A DNA stretch of 49,938 bases from the IMG/VR virus record IMGVR_UViG_3300047301_000123, positions 1-49,938 of that record. One strand, 5' to 3'. Shown piece by piece: positions 16,321-25,800 of the stretch (positions within the stretch are counted from its first letter, which is position 1; every line of letters begins with the position of its first letter). The position numbers were made by a program, and so were the translations under genes. Origin of the DNA: a virus (taxonomy: Duplodnaviria > Caudoviricetes). Under the pieces are notes generated by a model that was not told where the DNA came from, did no database searches, and saw nothing but the letters and a program-made list of their open reading frames with translations.

Positions 16321-16419
16321 ATGAAAGAATACTTAATGGCGGCAGCTATAGTAGCGCTGTACGCGGTATTCGTTGTTTACAACGAAGAGTTCATACACAA
16401 ACTGGTGGATTACCTATGA
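16321..16419 (+). CDS. Small single-TM protein (32 aa), not in the ORF track
   Basis: GGGAG RBS; MKEYLMAAAIVALYAVFVVYNEEFIHKLVDYL; ATGA overlap with the next gene. Confidence 0.65.
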   Translation: MKEYLMAAAIVALYAVFVVYNEEFIHKLVDYL

Positions 16420-16916
16420 GTTTTTTCAAAACGAGCGCCCCTGAATCTGGGGCGGCGGTGCGTAAATTTTTAGCTGATATGGGTGACCTCGTAGCGCATG
16501 CAGAAGCTTTCGCGGAACGCTTCGGCGTAGGTAAACCCGTGTATGCACACAGCAATTCGGAGGCGCGACTGTACGGGATAAAGTTCGGTGAAAAGTTAGA
16601 CAATAGGTTCTGGACAAAGCCGGATAAACAAGCTGGAACGCAATCTCCGCGAAAAAACGTAACTGGGACTAAAGACGAAAAAGCCGGCCAAAAGGCGCTT
16701 TATGACCTTTGGGTCAAGCTATTTCCGAGAGAGAAGGCGTGTAAGGAAGCTATCTACGCAAGCCTGGGCATAACTTGGGCGGATACTATTTTTAGCGGTT
16801 TGTCCTGGTTTTGGCACGATGAAACCTTGTACGTAAGCACGGAGTTAAAAATTAACGCTACAGAAATATTTGGCAGTGAGTACGAAGCCGCAAAAGGGAG
16901 TACGATGAGTGAATAA
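16416..16916 (+). CDS. Hypothetical protein
   Basis: Start reassigned to ATG 16416 (MSFFKTS) on the basis of translational coupling. Confidence 0.75.
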   Translation: MSFFKTSAPESGAAVRKFLADMGDLVAHAEAFAERFGVGKPVYAHSNSEARLYGIKFGEKLDNRFWTKPDKQAGTQSPRKNVTGTKDEKAGQKALYDLWVKLFPREKACKEAIYASLGITWADTIFSGLSWFWHDETLYVSTELKINATEIFGSEYEAAKGSTMSE

Positions 16917-17211
16917 GATATACATGGGCTATGATAAAGCCGCCGGTTCGCATGAAGGCGCCATACTAATTTTTGCAGCCTCTTCAAAAGATGCCAGAAA
17001 ATTGGGCTGGGGCACCATGAAAGTGCTCCACAGCACTGCTTGGGTCGATATGGCTGTACGCTTGATGCGTAAGAATACTGAGTTCCTGGCCTTGGAAGCA
17101 ACTAGCGATAAACCGCACGTCATTACTGATATGCGGTCATGCCCCCAATGTGAATTGTGGGGAGAAGAATATAACATAAGCCACTGTGGGTATTGCGATG
17201 AGCAAGCGTAA
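16909..17211 (+). CDS. Hypothetical protein with C-terminal CxxC...CxxC zinc motif
   Basis: CPQCELWG...HCGYC; GGGAG RBS. Confidence 0.7.
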   Translation: MNKIYMGYDKAAGSHEGAILIFAASSKDARKLGWGTMKVLHSTAWVDMAVRLMRKNTEFLALEATSDKPHVITDMRSCPQCELWGEEYNISHCGYCDEQA

Positions 17212-17356
17212 AATAATCCAACTGGTAGCCGATGGCGCCGATCAGGATAACAACCCAGAACTGTATGCTTTATGTGACGACGGTTCGGTATGGATGAAGG
17301 TTACGCCTAGCAGTAGCTGGGTGAAGGTCGACGTTTCGGAGATAGAAAATGGGTAG
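17198..17356 (+). CDS. Hypothetical protein (52 aa), not in the ORF track
   Basis: MSKRKIIQL...LYALCDDGSVW; fills the gap between two ORFs. Confidence 0.65.
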   Translation: MSKRKIIQLVADGADQDNNPELYALCDDGSVWMKVTPSSSWVKVDVSEIENG

Positions 17357-17630
17357 CCCTCCTATGCCCCGAGTCGTAGTTTGCGCGGCCAACCGTAACC
17401 AGGCTGGCTCAATAGTCTGCGGGGCTAGACATTACGACGACATAATGCGGGCCCAGATTGCGGCTTCCACCGAAAACTGGAGGGTAAACCAAGTAGAGCA
17501 AGGATTCATAGACCAACGCGGCACATTTATGTCCCGTGAAGAAGCCTGGAAAGTGGCTTGTGATCAGGGTCAAATAGTTCGCCGTGTCGGCGGAGATAAT
17601 AGTTGTTTATACTCGGAGAACCTGTACTGA
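17349..17630 (+). CDS. Conserved phage hypothetical protein
   Basis: VVCAANR...GARH...EQGFIDQ.G.F.SREEA...LYSENLY pattern. Confidence 0.75.
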   Translation: MGSPPMPRVVVCAANRNQAGSIVCGARHYDDIMRAQIAASTENWRVNQVEQGFIDQRGTFMSREEAWKVACDQGQIVRRVGGDNSCLYSENLY

Positions 17631-17860
17631 TGACAAAACTAAAAGTAGTTAATTTCAACCGCGAGCGGACTGATAGCTTCGCCCCTAAAGCACTATTGAC
17701 TGAAGCCGCAGAAAGCGACTTGGAAGTCGTGCTTATTTTGGGGGAGGGGCCAGAAGGAGCCTACATTGCCAGCTCTACAACAGATATTGGCCGTATGTTG
17801 CTGCTCGTAGAGGCTTTCAAATTTGACCTGCTCGCTGGTAGTTTAGGCGACGCAGAATAG
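17630..17860 (+). CDS. Hypothetical protein
   Basis: TGATG overlap; GGAG RBS. Confidence 0.65.
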   Translation: MTKLKVVNFNRERTDSFAPKALLTEAAESDLEVVLILGEGPEGAYIASSTTDIGRMLLLVEAFKFDLLAGSLGDAE

Positions 17861-17900
17861 TTTTTTCCTTGGGATTACGATACACGGAAGTACACATTTA

Positions 17901-17925
17901 TCCCGGCTTGCGCCGGGACTTTTTT
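17901..17925 (+). terminator. Rho-independent terminator between convergent genes
   Basis: TCCCGGC-TTGC-GCCGGGA plus T run. Confidence 0.8.
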
Positions 17926-17930
17926 GCTTG

Positions 17931-18617
17931 TTAATCCAGATAGGCGATTGTAGCCTCCTTACAAAACCCGGAACGGACAATATCCTCGACGGAAAATTCG
18001 ACGACGTTGACGTTCGGAGAATCCCCCATTCGGCGTATCAACTCCGCTAAACCAGACTCCTGGTTAATAAACTTCTGTCCTAAATCCCCATCTACAATTA
18101 CCGTGGCGTTGTCGCCCACGCGAGTAATGAAATTTTTCATCTGTTTTCGGGTCGTATTTTCAGCCTCATCAAGCAGAATCCAACAATCTCTGAGTGTCCT
18201 ACCTTGCATATACGCAAAAGGGACCGCTTCGATCTTGCCGTGAGTTAGGCAGTATTCGGCGAAAGTTTTACCTAGCCGGTCATTGAACACTTCTACGTAA
18301 GGCACCAGGTAGGGGGATATTTTTTCAGCTACCGTTCCTGGCAGGAAACCCAGTTTTTCATCCGCTTCAACTAGCGGCCGGCAAATGTAAATCTTGTTTA
18401 TTCGCTTCTCACGCAACATATCGGCAGCTATCGCTGCAGCCAGGAAGGTCTTACCCGTACCAGGGGGCCCAATACCTATCGTGCAGACATACTTAAGCAT
18501 ACTGTTCATGTACTCTCGTTGCCTATCGTTTAAAGCACGAACCGGCTGTATGACCCTGATTTCTACTGGTTTTTCATACTCTGCTATGGGCTGTCTGCGT
18601 TCACGTTTCTTCGCCAT
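17931..18617 (-). CDS. phoH: PhoH family ATPase
   Basis: GPPGTGKT, RPLVEA.EKLGFLPG, YMQGRT, LLDEAEN, GDLGQ, DIVRS; TAAGGAG RBS before ATG 18617. Confidence 0.95.
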   Translation of the reverse strand: MAKKRERRQPIAEYEKPVEIRVIQPVRALNDRQREYMNSMLKYVCTIGIGPPGTGKTFLAAAIAADMLREKRINKIYICRPLVEADEKLGFLPGTVAEKISPYLVPYVEVFNDRLGKTFAEYCLTHGKIEAVPFAYMQGRTLRDCWILLDEAENTTRKQMKNFITRVGDNATVIVDGDLGQKFINQESGLAELIRRMGDSPNVNVVEFSVEDIVRSGFCKEATIAYLD

Positions 18618-18661
18618 TTGAAACTCCTTATTAAGTGAGGTTCGACTATAGCACATAGCAC

Positions 18662-18691
18662 TTGACACGTAGGTGTTTTTACCTATAAAAT
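18662..18691 (+). promoter_or_regulatory. Probable sigma70 promoter, divergent from phoH
   Basis: TTGACA followed by TATAAAAT at 16-18 nt. Confidence 0.55.
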
Positions 18692-18715
18692 ACAACCTCA
18701 CTTTGGGAGAAGAAA

Positions 18716-18901
18716 ATGAAATGGCCACTGCTGTTATTCCCTAGCGTTAACCTACCGGTTATCGGCATGGACACCACCTTCCTGCCCGATGCCGACTGCG
18801 AAAATTGCAAGTATGGCGGGGAGTTCGAAGACCAACACTGTTATATGTTCGAAGACAAGCCGGGCGATAAGTGCGGCCAATTCAAAAAGGTGACCCCATG
18901 A
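18716..18901 (+). CDS. Cys-rich hypothetical protein
   Basis: GGGAG RBS; CxxC...C...C. Confidence 0.6.
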   Translation: MKWPLLLFPSVNLPVIGMDTTFLPDADCENCKYGGEFEDQHCYMFEDKPGDKCGQFKKVTP

Positions 18902-19092
18902 TAAAAAAAGTAAGAGTGTTACTTGGGAAAATATTTCCTCCGAAAGAAACCCCCTTTGAACGAGGGTATGTCTGGGCTAAAGGTATGTTCGAGAGTGGGA
19001 TATACACGGAAGCAGAGGTAGAAGCCTGCTTGAACGGCAGCGATGCCTTTGATAAAGGTGCTGCCGCCTTCCTGCGAGAACGCCATGAGTGA
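18898..19092 (+). CDS. Hypothetical protein
   Basis: ATGA overlap; FERGYVWA...FDKGA. Confidence 0.6.
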   Translation: MIKKVRVLLGKIFPPKETPFERGYVWAKGMFESGIYTEAEVEACLNGSDAFDKGAAAFLRERHE

Positions 19093-19135
19093 TACTTTTG
19101 ATCACGAAGCAGACGCCTCGAAGAGGAGTTAGAAA

Positions 19136-19327
19136 ATGAGCATAAAACAAAACTTGCATGATTGCGGAGTAAATGTTTTTGCGATCGATCTTTTATGCGA
19201 GTCATACCTAAAAAGCCCGATCATAGGCGTTTTAGTAAAGCCCCTGGCGTTTGAGTACCCGATAGTGCGCGAGGACTGCAAAAAGTGGGCGGGCGTTAAG
19301 ATAACCTTAGAAGGAATCCCAAGATGA
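19136..19327 (+). CDS. Hypothetical protein
   Basis: GAGGAG RBS. Confidence 0.6.
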   Translation: MSIKQNLHDCGVNVFAIDLLCESYLKSPIIGVLVKPLAFEYPIVREDCKKWAGVKITLEGIPR

Positions 19328-19533
19328 AGAACGTAAATTTTTATACTGAACCACGAAACGGAAAAATATCGCTCTGGGTAGAGATTGACGCCCAAAGGTG
19401 GAACATTACCGACCTTCCGAAAGAACAGGCCGCCCCCAGCGTCCTCCGAGCCATAGCCTATGCTTTCGAGCGAGGCTACAAAGCCGCAGAGGTAGAACGG
19501 AGCAACATAAACATGGATTGGGATATTAAGTAG
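19324..19533 (+). CDS. Hypothetical protein
   Basis: ATGA overlap; AAGGA RBS. Confidence 0.6.
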   Translation: MKNVNFYTEPRNGKISLWVEIDAQRWNITDLPKEQAAPSVLRAIAYAFERGYKAAEVERSNINMDWDIK

Positions 19534-19597
19534 TCATACCTATGGTCAAATGACGCGTAAGTAGTATTCTATAGTCCTACCTCAACTGGAGACTATC

Positions 19598-19813
19598 ATG
19601 AAACAGATTAACGCATACCAAGCCACAGACGGAACAATATTTATGGACGAGATTGAATGCCAACTATATGAATTACCCGAAAAGTTCGGGGAGCAAGTCG
19701 ACGCCTTCATAGCGTCTGATCAGAACACCTACAAAAACGGCGCCCAGATAACGGTGATCAGAAAGTCACTGTTGGCCTGGGAAGTTTACAAAATGAAGAA
19801 AAGCAAACATTAA
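19598..19813 (+). CDS. Hypothetical protein
   Basis: GGAG RBS; AYQATDGTIF...EC..YE motif common in phage ORFs. Confidence 0.7.
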   Translation: MKQINAYQATDGTIFMDEIECQLYELPEKFGEQVDAFIASDQNTYKNGAQITVIRKSLLAWEVYKMKKSKH

Positions 19814-19827
19814 CCGGAAGAAAAATT

Positions 19828-21660
19828 ATGAACGAACAAGAACTTCAAGCCTATTTAGGAGCAGCCAATGTCGCATACCGGGCCGGAACACCCACGCTAT
19901 CTGACAACGACTATGACGGCATGATGGAAGACGGCAGAGAGCTGTTCCCTGATAACCCGTGGTTTAACCAACAAGAGGTTGAGCCCGAGGCGGTGGCCGG
20001 CAAAACTGTGCCGCTGCCGGCCAGGATGTTGTCTACCAACAAAGCTTACTCGATCAAGGAAATTGAAAAGTGGGCAAACGATGTATTGGCGGTAGGCAGG
20101 CAGATGCGCATGGGGGAAAGTGAAGTCTTTTTTATGGTCACACCGAAGCTGGACGGCTTTGCCGCTTATGACGACGGTGAAAAACTTTACACTCGGGGTG
20201 ACGGCAGAAGCGGTACCGATATAAGCCGAGCAATCGACAATGGGTTGAGCGTAGACGGCAGAGGTAAAGGGCCGGGGGAAATAGTGGTCGATAAGTTTTA
20301 CTTCGAGCAACATCTGGCACACTTGTATGATAACTCCCGAAACATCATTGCTGGGGTTATCAAAGAGGGCGATCTCGACGTAGAAATCAAGGACGCAATT
20401 ATACACGGAGCCGTATGTTTTCAGCCTTTCGCCGGAATAGGTCTTGAACGACAAACAGTAACGAAAAACATCTTACTATTTGGCATTGAAACATTGTTTG
20501 ACACGATGCAACGTAATTGCATCTTTGATACCGACGGTCTGGTGATCGAAGCTATTCACCCAGCTATCAAAGAAGAGATGGGTGCCACAAACCATCATCA
20601 CCGCTGGCAGATTGCTTATAAGAAAAATACCGAGTACCACAACATTCGGGTTACCGGTCTGGTGTGGCAAACATCAAAAAATGGGCGACTGACACCGGTT
20701 GTGCAACTTGAACCCACCAAAGTATCGGGGGTAACAATCAGCAAGGCCACTGGGCATAACTACGGAAACGTAGTTAAGTCTGGTATAGAGCGTGGAGCGA
20801 TCGTCCGGGTATGTCGATCAGGCTTGGTTATCCCGTACATCGAGAGCGTTGTAAAAAGAGCGCCAATGGGCGCGTTATCCCCGGCGCAATGTTTAAGCTG
20901 CGGGGAAGATACTATAGTTGACGGTGATAATTTACTCTGCACTAATACCGAAACCTGCCCAGCGCAAATCGAGGGGGCGATTGAGTTTTTCTTTAAAACG
21001 CTGGGCAGCTGCGACGGGTTTGGTCCGAAAGTGATAGAAAAACTCGTAGGTGAAGGTGTTGACACCGTACTGGAAGTTTATAGGTGCGATGAATATATTT
21101 TTGAAGATCACGGTTTTAGAGAAAAAACAGCGTTAAATCTTGCAACCGAACTCGCCATTAGTCGTCAGCGCCCCACTGAAGATTGGCGATTCCTGGCCGC
21201 ATTCTCCATCCACAACGTCGGCAAGGGGGGTTGTGAGAAACTTCTCAAGCACCATAGGCTGGCTGATGTATTTAACTTAAAGATAGATGAAATTATGCGC
21301 ATTGATGGGTTTGCCGTAAAGACAGCCAGTAGCCTTGTTAATTCATTGGCAAACATCAAGCCTCAGTTCGATGCTTTGATGAAATTAGGGTTCAATCTCA
21401 CAGAGACTCCTATCGGCGTAACCGTTGTGGGCAACCTGTCGGGCAAGACCGTGGTATTCACAGGCTCAATGCAGAAAGGCGGGCGATCAGATATGGAAAA
21501 GCAGGCCAAGTTTCTTGGAGCTAAAGTCGGCAGCTCGGTCTCTTCTAAAACAGACTACTTAATCTGCGGTGCCGATGTCGGTGCCGCAAAAACCACAGCC
21601 GCTAAGAGGCATGGCGTGACTGTATTAACCGAAGATCAATATCTGGAGATGGCGGGATGA
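19828..21660 (+). CDS. ligA: NAD-dependent DNA ligase
   Basis: AYRAG...SDNDYD, MLS..K, KLDG, TRGDG, DGLVI, AYK, OB fold, C4 zinc finger, HhH repeats, BRCT (VVFTG...SVSSKTDYL). Confidence 0.93.
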   Translation: MNEQELQAYLGAANVAYRAGTPTLSDNDYDGMMEDGRELFPDNPWFNQQEVEPEAVAGKTVPLPARMLSTNKAYSIKEIEKWANDVLAVGRQMRMGESEVFFMVTPKLDGFAAYDDGEKLYTRGDGRSGTDISRAIDNGLSVDGRGKGPGEIVVDKFYFEQHLAHLYDNSRNIIAGVIKEGDLDVEIKDAIIHGAVCFQPFAGIGLERQTVTKNILLFGIETLFDTMQRNCIFDTDGLVIEAIHPAIKEEMGATNHHHRWQIAYKKNTEYHNIRVTGLVWQTSKNGRLTPVVQLEPTKVSGVTISKATGHNYGNVVKSGIERGAIVRVCRSGLVIPYIESVVKRAPMGALSPAQCLSCGEDTIVDGDNLLCTNTETCPAQIEGAIEFFFKTLGSCDGFGPKVIEKLVGEGVDTVLEVYRCDEYIFEDHGFREKTALNLATELAISRQRPTEDWRFLAAFSIHNVGKGGCEKLLKHHRLADVFNLKIDEIMRIDGFAVKTASSLVNSLANIKPQFDALMKLGFNLTETPIGVTVVGNLSGKTVVFTGSMQKGGRSDMEKQAKFLGAKVGSSVSSKTDYLICGADVGAAKTTAAKRHGVTVLTEDQYLEMAG

Positions 21661-21812
21661 GATACAAATACATAGTCCTCAAGAAAGGCCCTGATGGTAA
21701 CAATGTTTACGTGGTCTATTTAAAGAGCGATGCGGAACTTGCGGAGCATATACGTGCCACATTCGAGGCTACCGATCACACAATAATCAGCGTTACTAAT
21801 ATAGGCACCTAA
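21657..21812 (+). CDS. Hypothetical protein (51 aa), not in the ORF track
   Basis: ATGA overlap with the ligase; ends 1 nt before the endolysin. Confidence 0.55.
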   Translation: MRYKYIVLKKGPDGNNVYVVYLKSDAELAEHIRATFEATDHTIISVTNIGT

Positions 21813-21813
21813 T

Positions 21814-22140
21814 ATGACACTAAGAGAAAAACAATCAAAATTTGCACGAATGGTGGCTGATTTAATCATACACGCGTATAGCCTGGGCTATGAAATAACG
21901 CTAGGTGACGCATTTAGAGACCCGCGACTGCACGGCGATATGAACATTAAAAAAGGATATGGCGCCGCGAACTCATTCCACAAACAGAGATTGGCGGTTG
22001 ATCTGAATCTGTTTAGAGACGGGAAATATTTAGAAGGAACAGAAGCCCATAAGCCCCTCGGAGAATGGTGGGAAAGCCAAGGCGGAACATGGGGCGGAAG
22101 ATTTCGTGACGGAAACCACTATTCACTCGGAGAGGGTTAG
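21814..22140 (+). CDS. Endolysin, peptidase M15 family (L-Ala-D-Glu peptidase-like)
   Basis: GDAFRD, SFHKQRLAVDLN, WGGRF.DGNHYS. Confidence 0.88.
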   Translation: MTLREKQSKFARMVADLIIHAYSLGYEITLGDAFRDPRLHGDMNIKKGYGAANSFHKQRLAVDLNLFRDGKYLEGTEAHKPLGEWWESQGGTWGGRFRDGNHYSLGEG

Positions 22141-22142
22141 GT

Positions 22143-22325
22143 ATGAATATCGGTGGAAATTATAATTGGCAACACGCAAAGTACGACAAGTTGATCTATC
22201 TAGGAAAGAAAGGAAGTTGGCATCAATTTAAGAAGATCGGCGACCCCAGAGAGGTATGGTGTGAGGTACTTGACGAAGACCTGTGCCTGTTCGAAGAAAC
22301 TATGCCACCAGCGGGTCTGAGTTGA
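22143..22325 (+). CDS. Hypothetical protein
   Basis: GAGGG RBS; LIYLGKKGSWHQF...VWCEV. Confidence 0.65.
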   Translation: MNIGGNYNWQHAKYDKLIYLGKKGSWHQFKKIGDPREVWCEVLDEDLCLFEETMPPAGLS

Positions 22326-22339
22326 ATGACTGGTTATAC
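22320..22339 (-). mobile_element. attC-like half site
   Basis: AGTTGAAT-gactg-GTTATAC matches the box pattern at 1779-1798 and 1429-1448. Confidence 0.55.
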
Positions 22340-22636
22340 ACGACCGCACCGGGCGAAAGCATAATGGGAATAGCGCTTAGGCAGCTTGGCGATGATCGCC
22401 GCTGGCAAGAAATAAGGGCGCTAAACGCCGACCAGTTCCCTGACATTTTGCCGCACGACTATTACCCTGTCGGAACTGTTTTGAATATGCCGCCAAAAGA
22501 TGGACGTGATTCCGAAGACCAGGACTTGAACAATGAAACAGAAATACGTAATTTGCCCTGGCATAGTGCCCAGCAAGACAGATGGGAAGCGGCATTACGT
22601 TGGCCCCATGCAGTTGATGCAACTGTACGGGGTTAA
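22322..22636 (+). CDS. LysM/tail protein X-like domain ORF, start uncertain, possibly a remnant
   Basis: YTTAPGESIMGIALRQLGDDRRWQEIRALN...YPVGTVLNMP. Confidence 0.55.
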   Translation: MNDWLYTTAPGESIMGIALRQLGDDRRWQEIRALNADQFPDILPHDYYPVGTVLNMPPKDGRDSEDQDLNNETEIRNLPWHSAQQDRWEAALRWPHAVDATVRG

Positions 22637-22775
22637 TCTGAGCGAGTGCGAGATTCACGAACCGGCGTCCTGGTGGACAGAATCCTACTACCGAATGGCT
22701 GAAGAACGGCAGCGCGGAATGCCAAGACTTGCACCGCGCTACGATGGCAATTACGAACTGCCTAGCACGAAATAA
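22533..22775 (+). CDS. Hypothetical protein
   Basis: AGGA RBS; PG.V.SKTDG.RHYV...L..LYGV...L.PR.DGNY pattern. Confidence 0.7.
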   Translation: MKQKYVICPGIVPSKTDGKRHYVGPMQLMQLYGVNLSECEIHEPASWWTESYYRMAEERQRGMPRLAPRYDGNYELPSTK

Positions 22776-22776
22776 A

Positions 22777-22801
22777 GAAAAGGGCCGCGAGACCCTTTTT
22801 T
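22777..22801. terminator. Bidirectional terminator at the convergence of the two arms
   Basis: GAAAAGGG-ccgcgaga-CCCTTTTT with A and T runs on either side. Confidence 0.75.
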
Positions 22802-22802
22802 A

Positions 22803-25800
22803 TTACTCGTCGTCTTCCGAGGTACTGTAATCCGGCACGTAATCCGGCACATAGTAGCCTTTCGAACCGCGCTTTTTCTCTTCCCTCTTAGAAGCGGCAA
22901 TCGAGTTTGCTACATCGGTTGGCAATATAGGCTTTAGCGGGTACTTCACATTCCACTCCCGCCATTCCTCGCTAGGGATTTCCTCATGTTCCGTTTTTGC
23001 ATTAGCGATCCGGTGCAACAATACTGTCCTTGCCTCCTCAATATGCTTCTTATCGGCAAATGCATAGCCGCGATCATCATATTTGTTGGCCAAGTCCGAA
23101 CTTCCAATACCGAATATCTGCAAAAACACCTCGCCAGGACTCATATCTTTTAATTTGTCACCCTTGGTTCCTTCACGGATACTCGTCGCACCAGCAGCGG
23201 CAAACCGGGCTGATTTCAGCGGATCGCCCAGTGCTTTAGGTAGTAGTTGCTCCGCCGCCCGTTCAAATTCACCTTCGCCGGCTAACTTGGCACCTTCAAA
23301 AACTTTTTGCATTAACCCACCGGTCGGCCCGAACAACGAAACTAGAAGCTGAGTAGCTTGGTCACGACCTTCCAGTTCTTGTTTCCCCTCACGAAACTTG
23401 ATGTCCGCGATACCTAATCGGCCACCTAGATCAGCAGGAGTAACAGCATTGAAGAAACCTTTCGTCATTGCAGTAGCAAACTCTTCTCCGCCTAAATCGA
23501 ATAACCACATTCGGGCTTCTTTTTTAGTATCCCAAGGATCGTCGTCATCGGTTAATGCGGCCCCAATCATGTTCAGGAGCATGACGGTAGCGCCCATGAG
23601 CGGCATTCCGAAAGCCCCTGCTACCGTAAACTGCGTTATAGCCAGCCCAATTAACCGACTACCCGCTTCTTTGGCTTCAGCCATCACTGCATCGCGTTCA
23701 GCGCCGGCTGGCATTTTCTTCCACCCGTTGAACGTATCCTGGAAAGCCGAACCCCAGGCATAGTACATAAGGTGCGGGTACTTACCAAATTGCAGCGCGA
23801 TACCTGCTGGCCAGCCACGGAATATCCGAGCTGCATTCTCGGCGTTATAGTCTCCGTGACCGATATGGGTGGCTTTCTCCGCGTACTGCTGAGCTTCTTC
23901 CAAGGTACTGTCACGCATCCCACCGCGACCATCCGAAACCTTACTATCACGCATCAATCGGTAGGCCGCTAACAGAGTAACTTCGCGGTTAACACGCTCC
24001 CCGTGGTGGAACATCCAGCCCATGCTCTTGTTTATCTCTTGTAGCTTGCCGCCCTCAATGTCGCCACGCTGACTTAAACCGATAACATCCTGCATCTGGG
24101 TTCGGGCTGTTTCCCCCTGACTCTTGATGTATTGCATAAATTTCACATCAGACTCTGTTTCTTTGTAAGCTGCCGTGCCTCGGGTGAGCGTTCTCAATCT
24201 TCGTTCCAAGACTACTGAAATAGAAGCGTTACCGTCCTCATCTACGGAATCTGGATCGTTGCGCTTCGCCAGTTTTATGGCCGCCATGAATTCACCGTAA
24301 GTCTTATTGAAAGCTGAAACCGTTTTCCCGAAACCGAACTTGCTGGCCACTACTGGCATGGCGACAATAGGTGTCTGCAGTAAGTTCATCAACCCTGTGG
24401 ATACGCCGTACCCTAACATCCAGATAAAACTGGCCTGGCGTATGTCGGAAGCGATCTTATCCAGGTCTGAACTTTGGGTATTGACCATGGCATCGAAGGA
24501 TTTTTTAATCTCATCCGCCACTTCGCCCGCCGCTATCTGTAACTTTTGATCCTTGAGCATCCGTGAATGGTCGATGGTCGTGTTTAACTTTACCGAAAAC
24601 CGTTCCAGAGCATCGTAAGCATCAACTTCAGGTAGGTGTCCAAACTTTCTCCGTAAAGTAAGGGCTTCTTTCCAGATAGCGTTATCTGGATCGGCGGCCT
24701 GCTCGGCCTCTAAGTGCCCTGGCGCGGTCAGGGTAGCCCAGTCATCCTGAAGCATTTCTGCCGCCTCGACCTGTATTTCTGCTTCCCGACGGCGGAAGTT
24801 TCCGGTAATGTTTCCGGCTGCATCGTGCTCATCATCCATAGCCATCGTCACGGTATCCCGCATAGCTTTAGCAGCTTCAGCCATGTTTCGGCCTTCCGTC
24901 ATGTTACCCAACTGCGAGGCGCCGTGGTGAATATGGAATGTGAACGACCGGATAGCATCCTTGTCAAAACCCAGTACGCCTTTACGGTGTTGAGCGCTGT
25001 GCCTGGCCGAAACATCGGGCAAAGACTGCAAGTACATTTGGTAGATAGCATCCTGCAGGGCGCGGGCTTCGGCATCGTCGGAGACATTTTCGTGAATCTT
25101 GTCACGTACATCGAGCATGAAAGCATCGGTAGCCGCCAAATCGTCATGGATGCTCTGCATTTTCTTTCCGGATTTTATGTTCTTACCCCCGTCGGCTCGA
25201 AAAACGGCTTCCGCAGCTTTCATCTTTTTCAACGAGTCGAAGGATGAAAACACCGGTTGTCCTGCGCTATTCTTACCGTAAAACCAGTAGTCACCGAACC
25301 GTTGTAGCGGCGTGTAGTACCACTCAAGAGAACCGGCTTCCATGTTCTTTCTCAACTCTGAAATCATCTGGCTTCGGATTCGACCATCATCGATGGCTCT
25401 TTCTATCTGCATTTCAATAGCGTGTAGCCTAGCATTAGCGAGTGCATTTAGGGTTTCGTTTGAGTCTTTATAGACTCCTTGGGCTTCCGCCGTCAGTGCG
25501 GCGTACTTAGCTTGTAGCTTGGGAAGTGCAGTTTTACGAGTGCCGTTTTCAGGCTTATGTCCGAGCCTGGTTTGGATAGCTTCCTCGTTATTCAACATAT
25601 TCAGGAACACATCCGCGTCAACCCTATCCAAGAAATAGGCTTGTTTATAGAAATCTCCAGTAGTAACAGAGTTTTGGTAGCCCATACCTAACGTAAGTTT
25701 AGCCTTACTGGTGGCAGTGAACTTAGCCTGCGAGTGTACGCGGAATAGACCCTTCTCCTTCGTAACCCCACTCCAGGCCTGTGATGCATCGACATCCGGC

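Noticed and set aside
16215-16415. N-terminal extensions in the ORF track (also 2108-2254, 5961-6107, 7694-7723, 18618-18728)
   Set aside because: Better RBS-linked or coupled starts lie downstream, and the extensions overlap promoters, RNA structures or other small ORFs.
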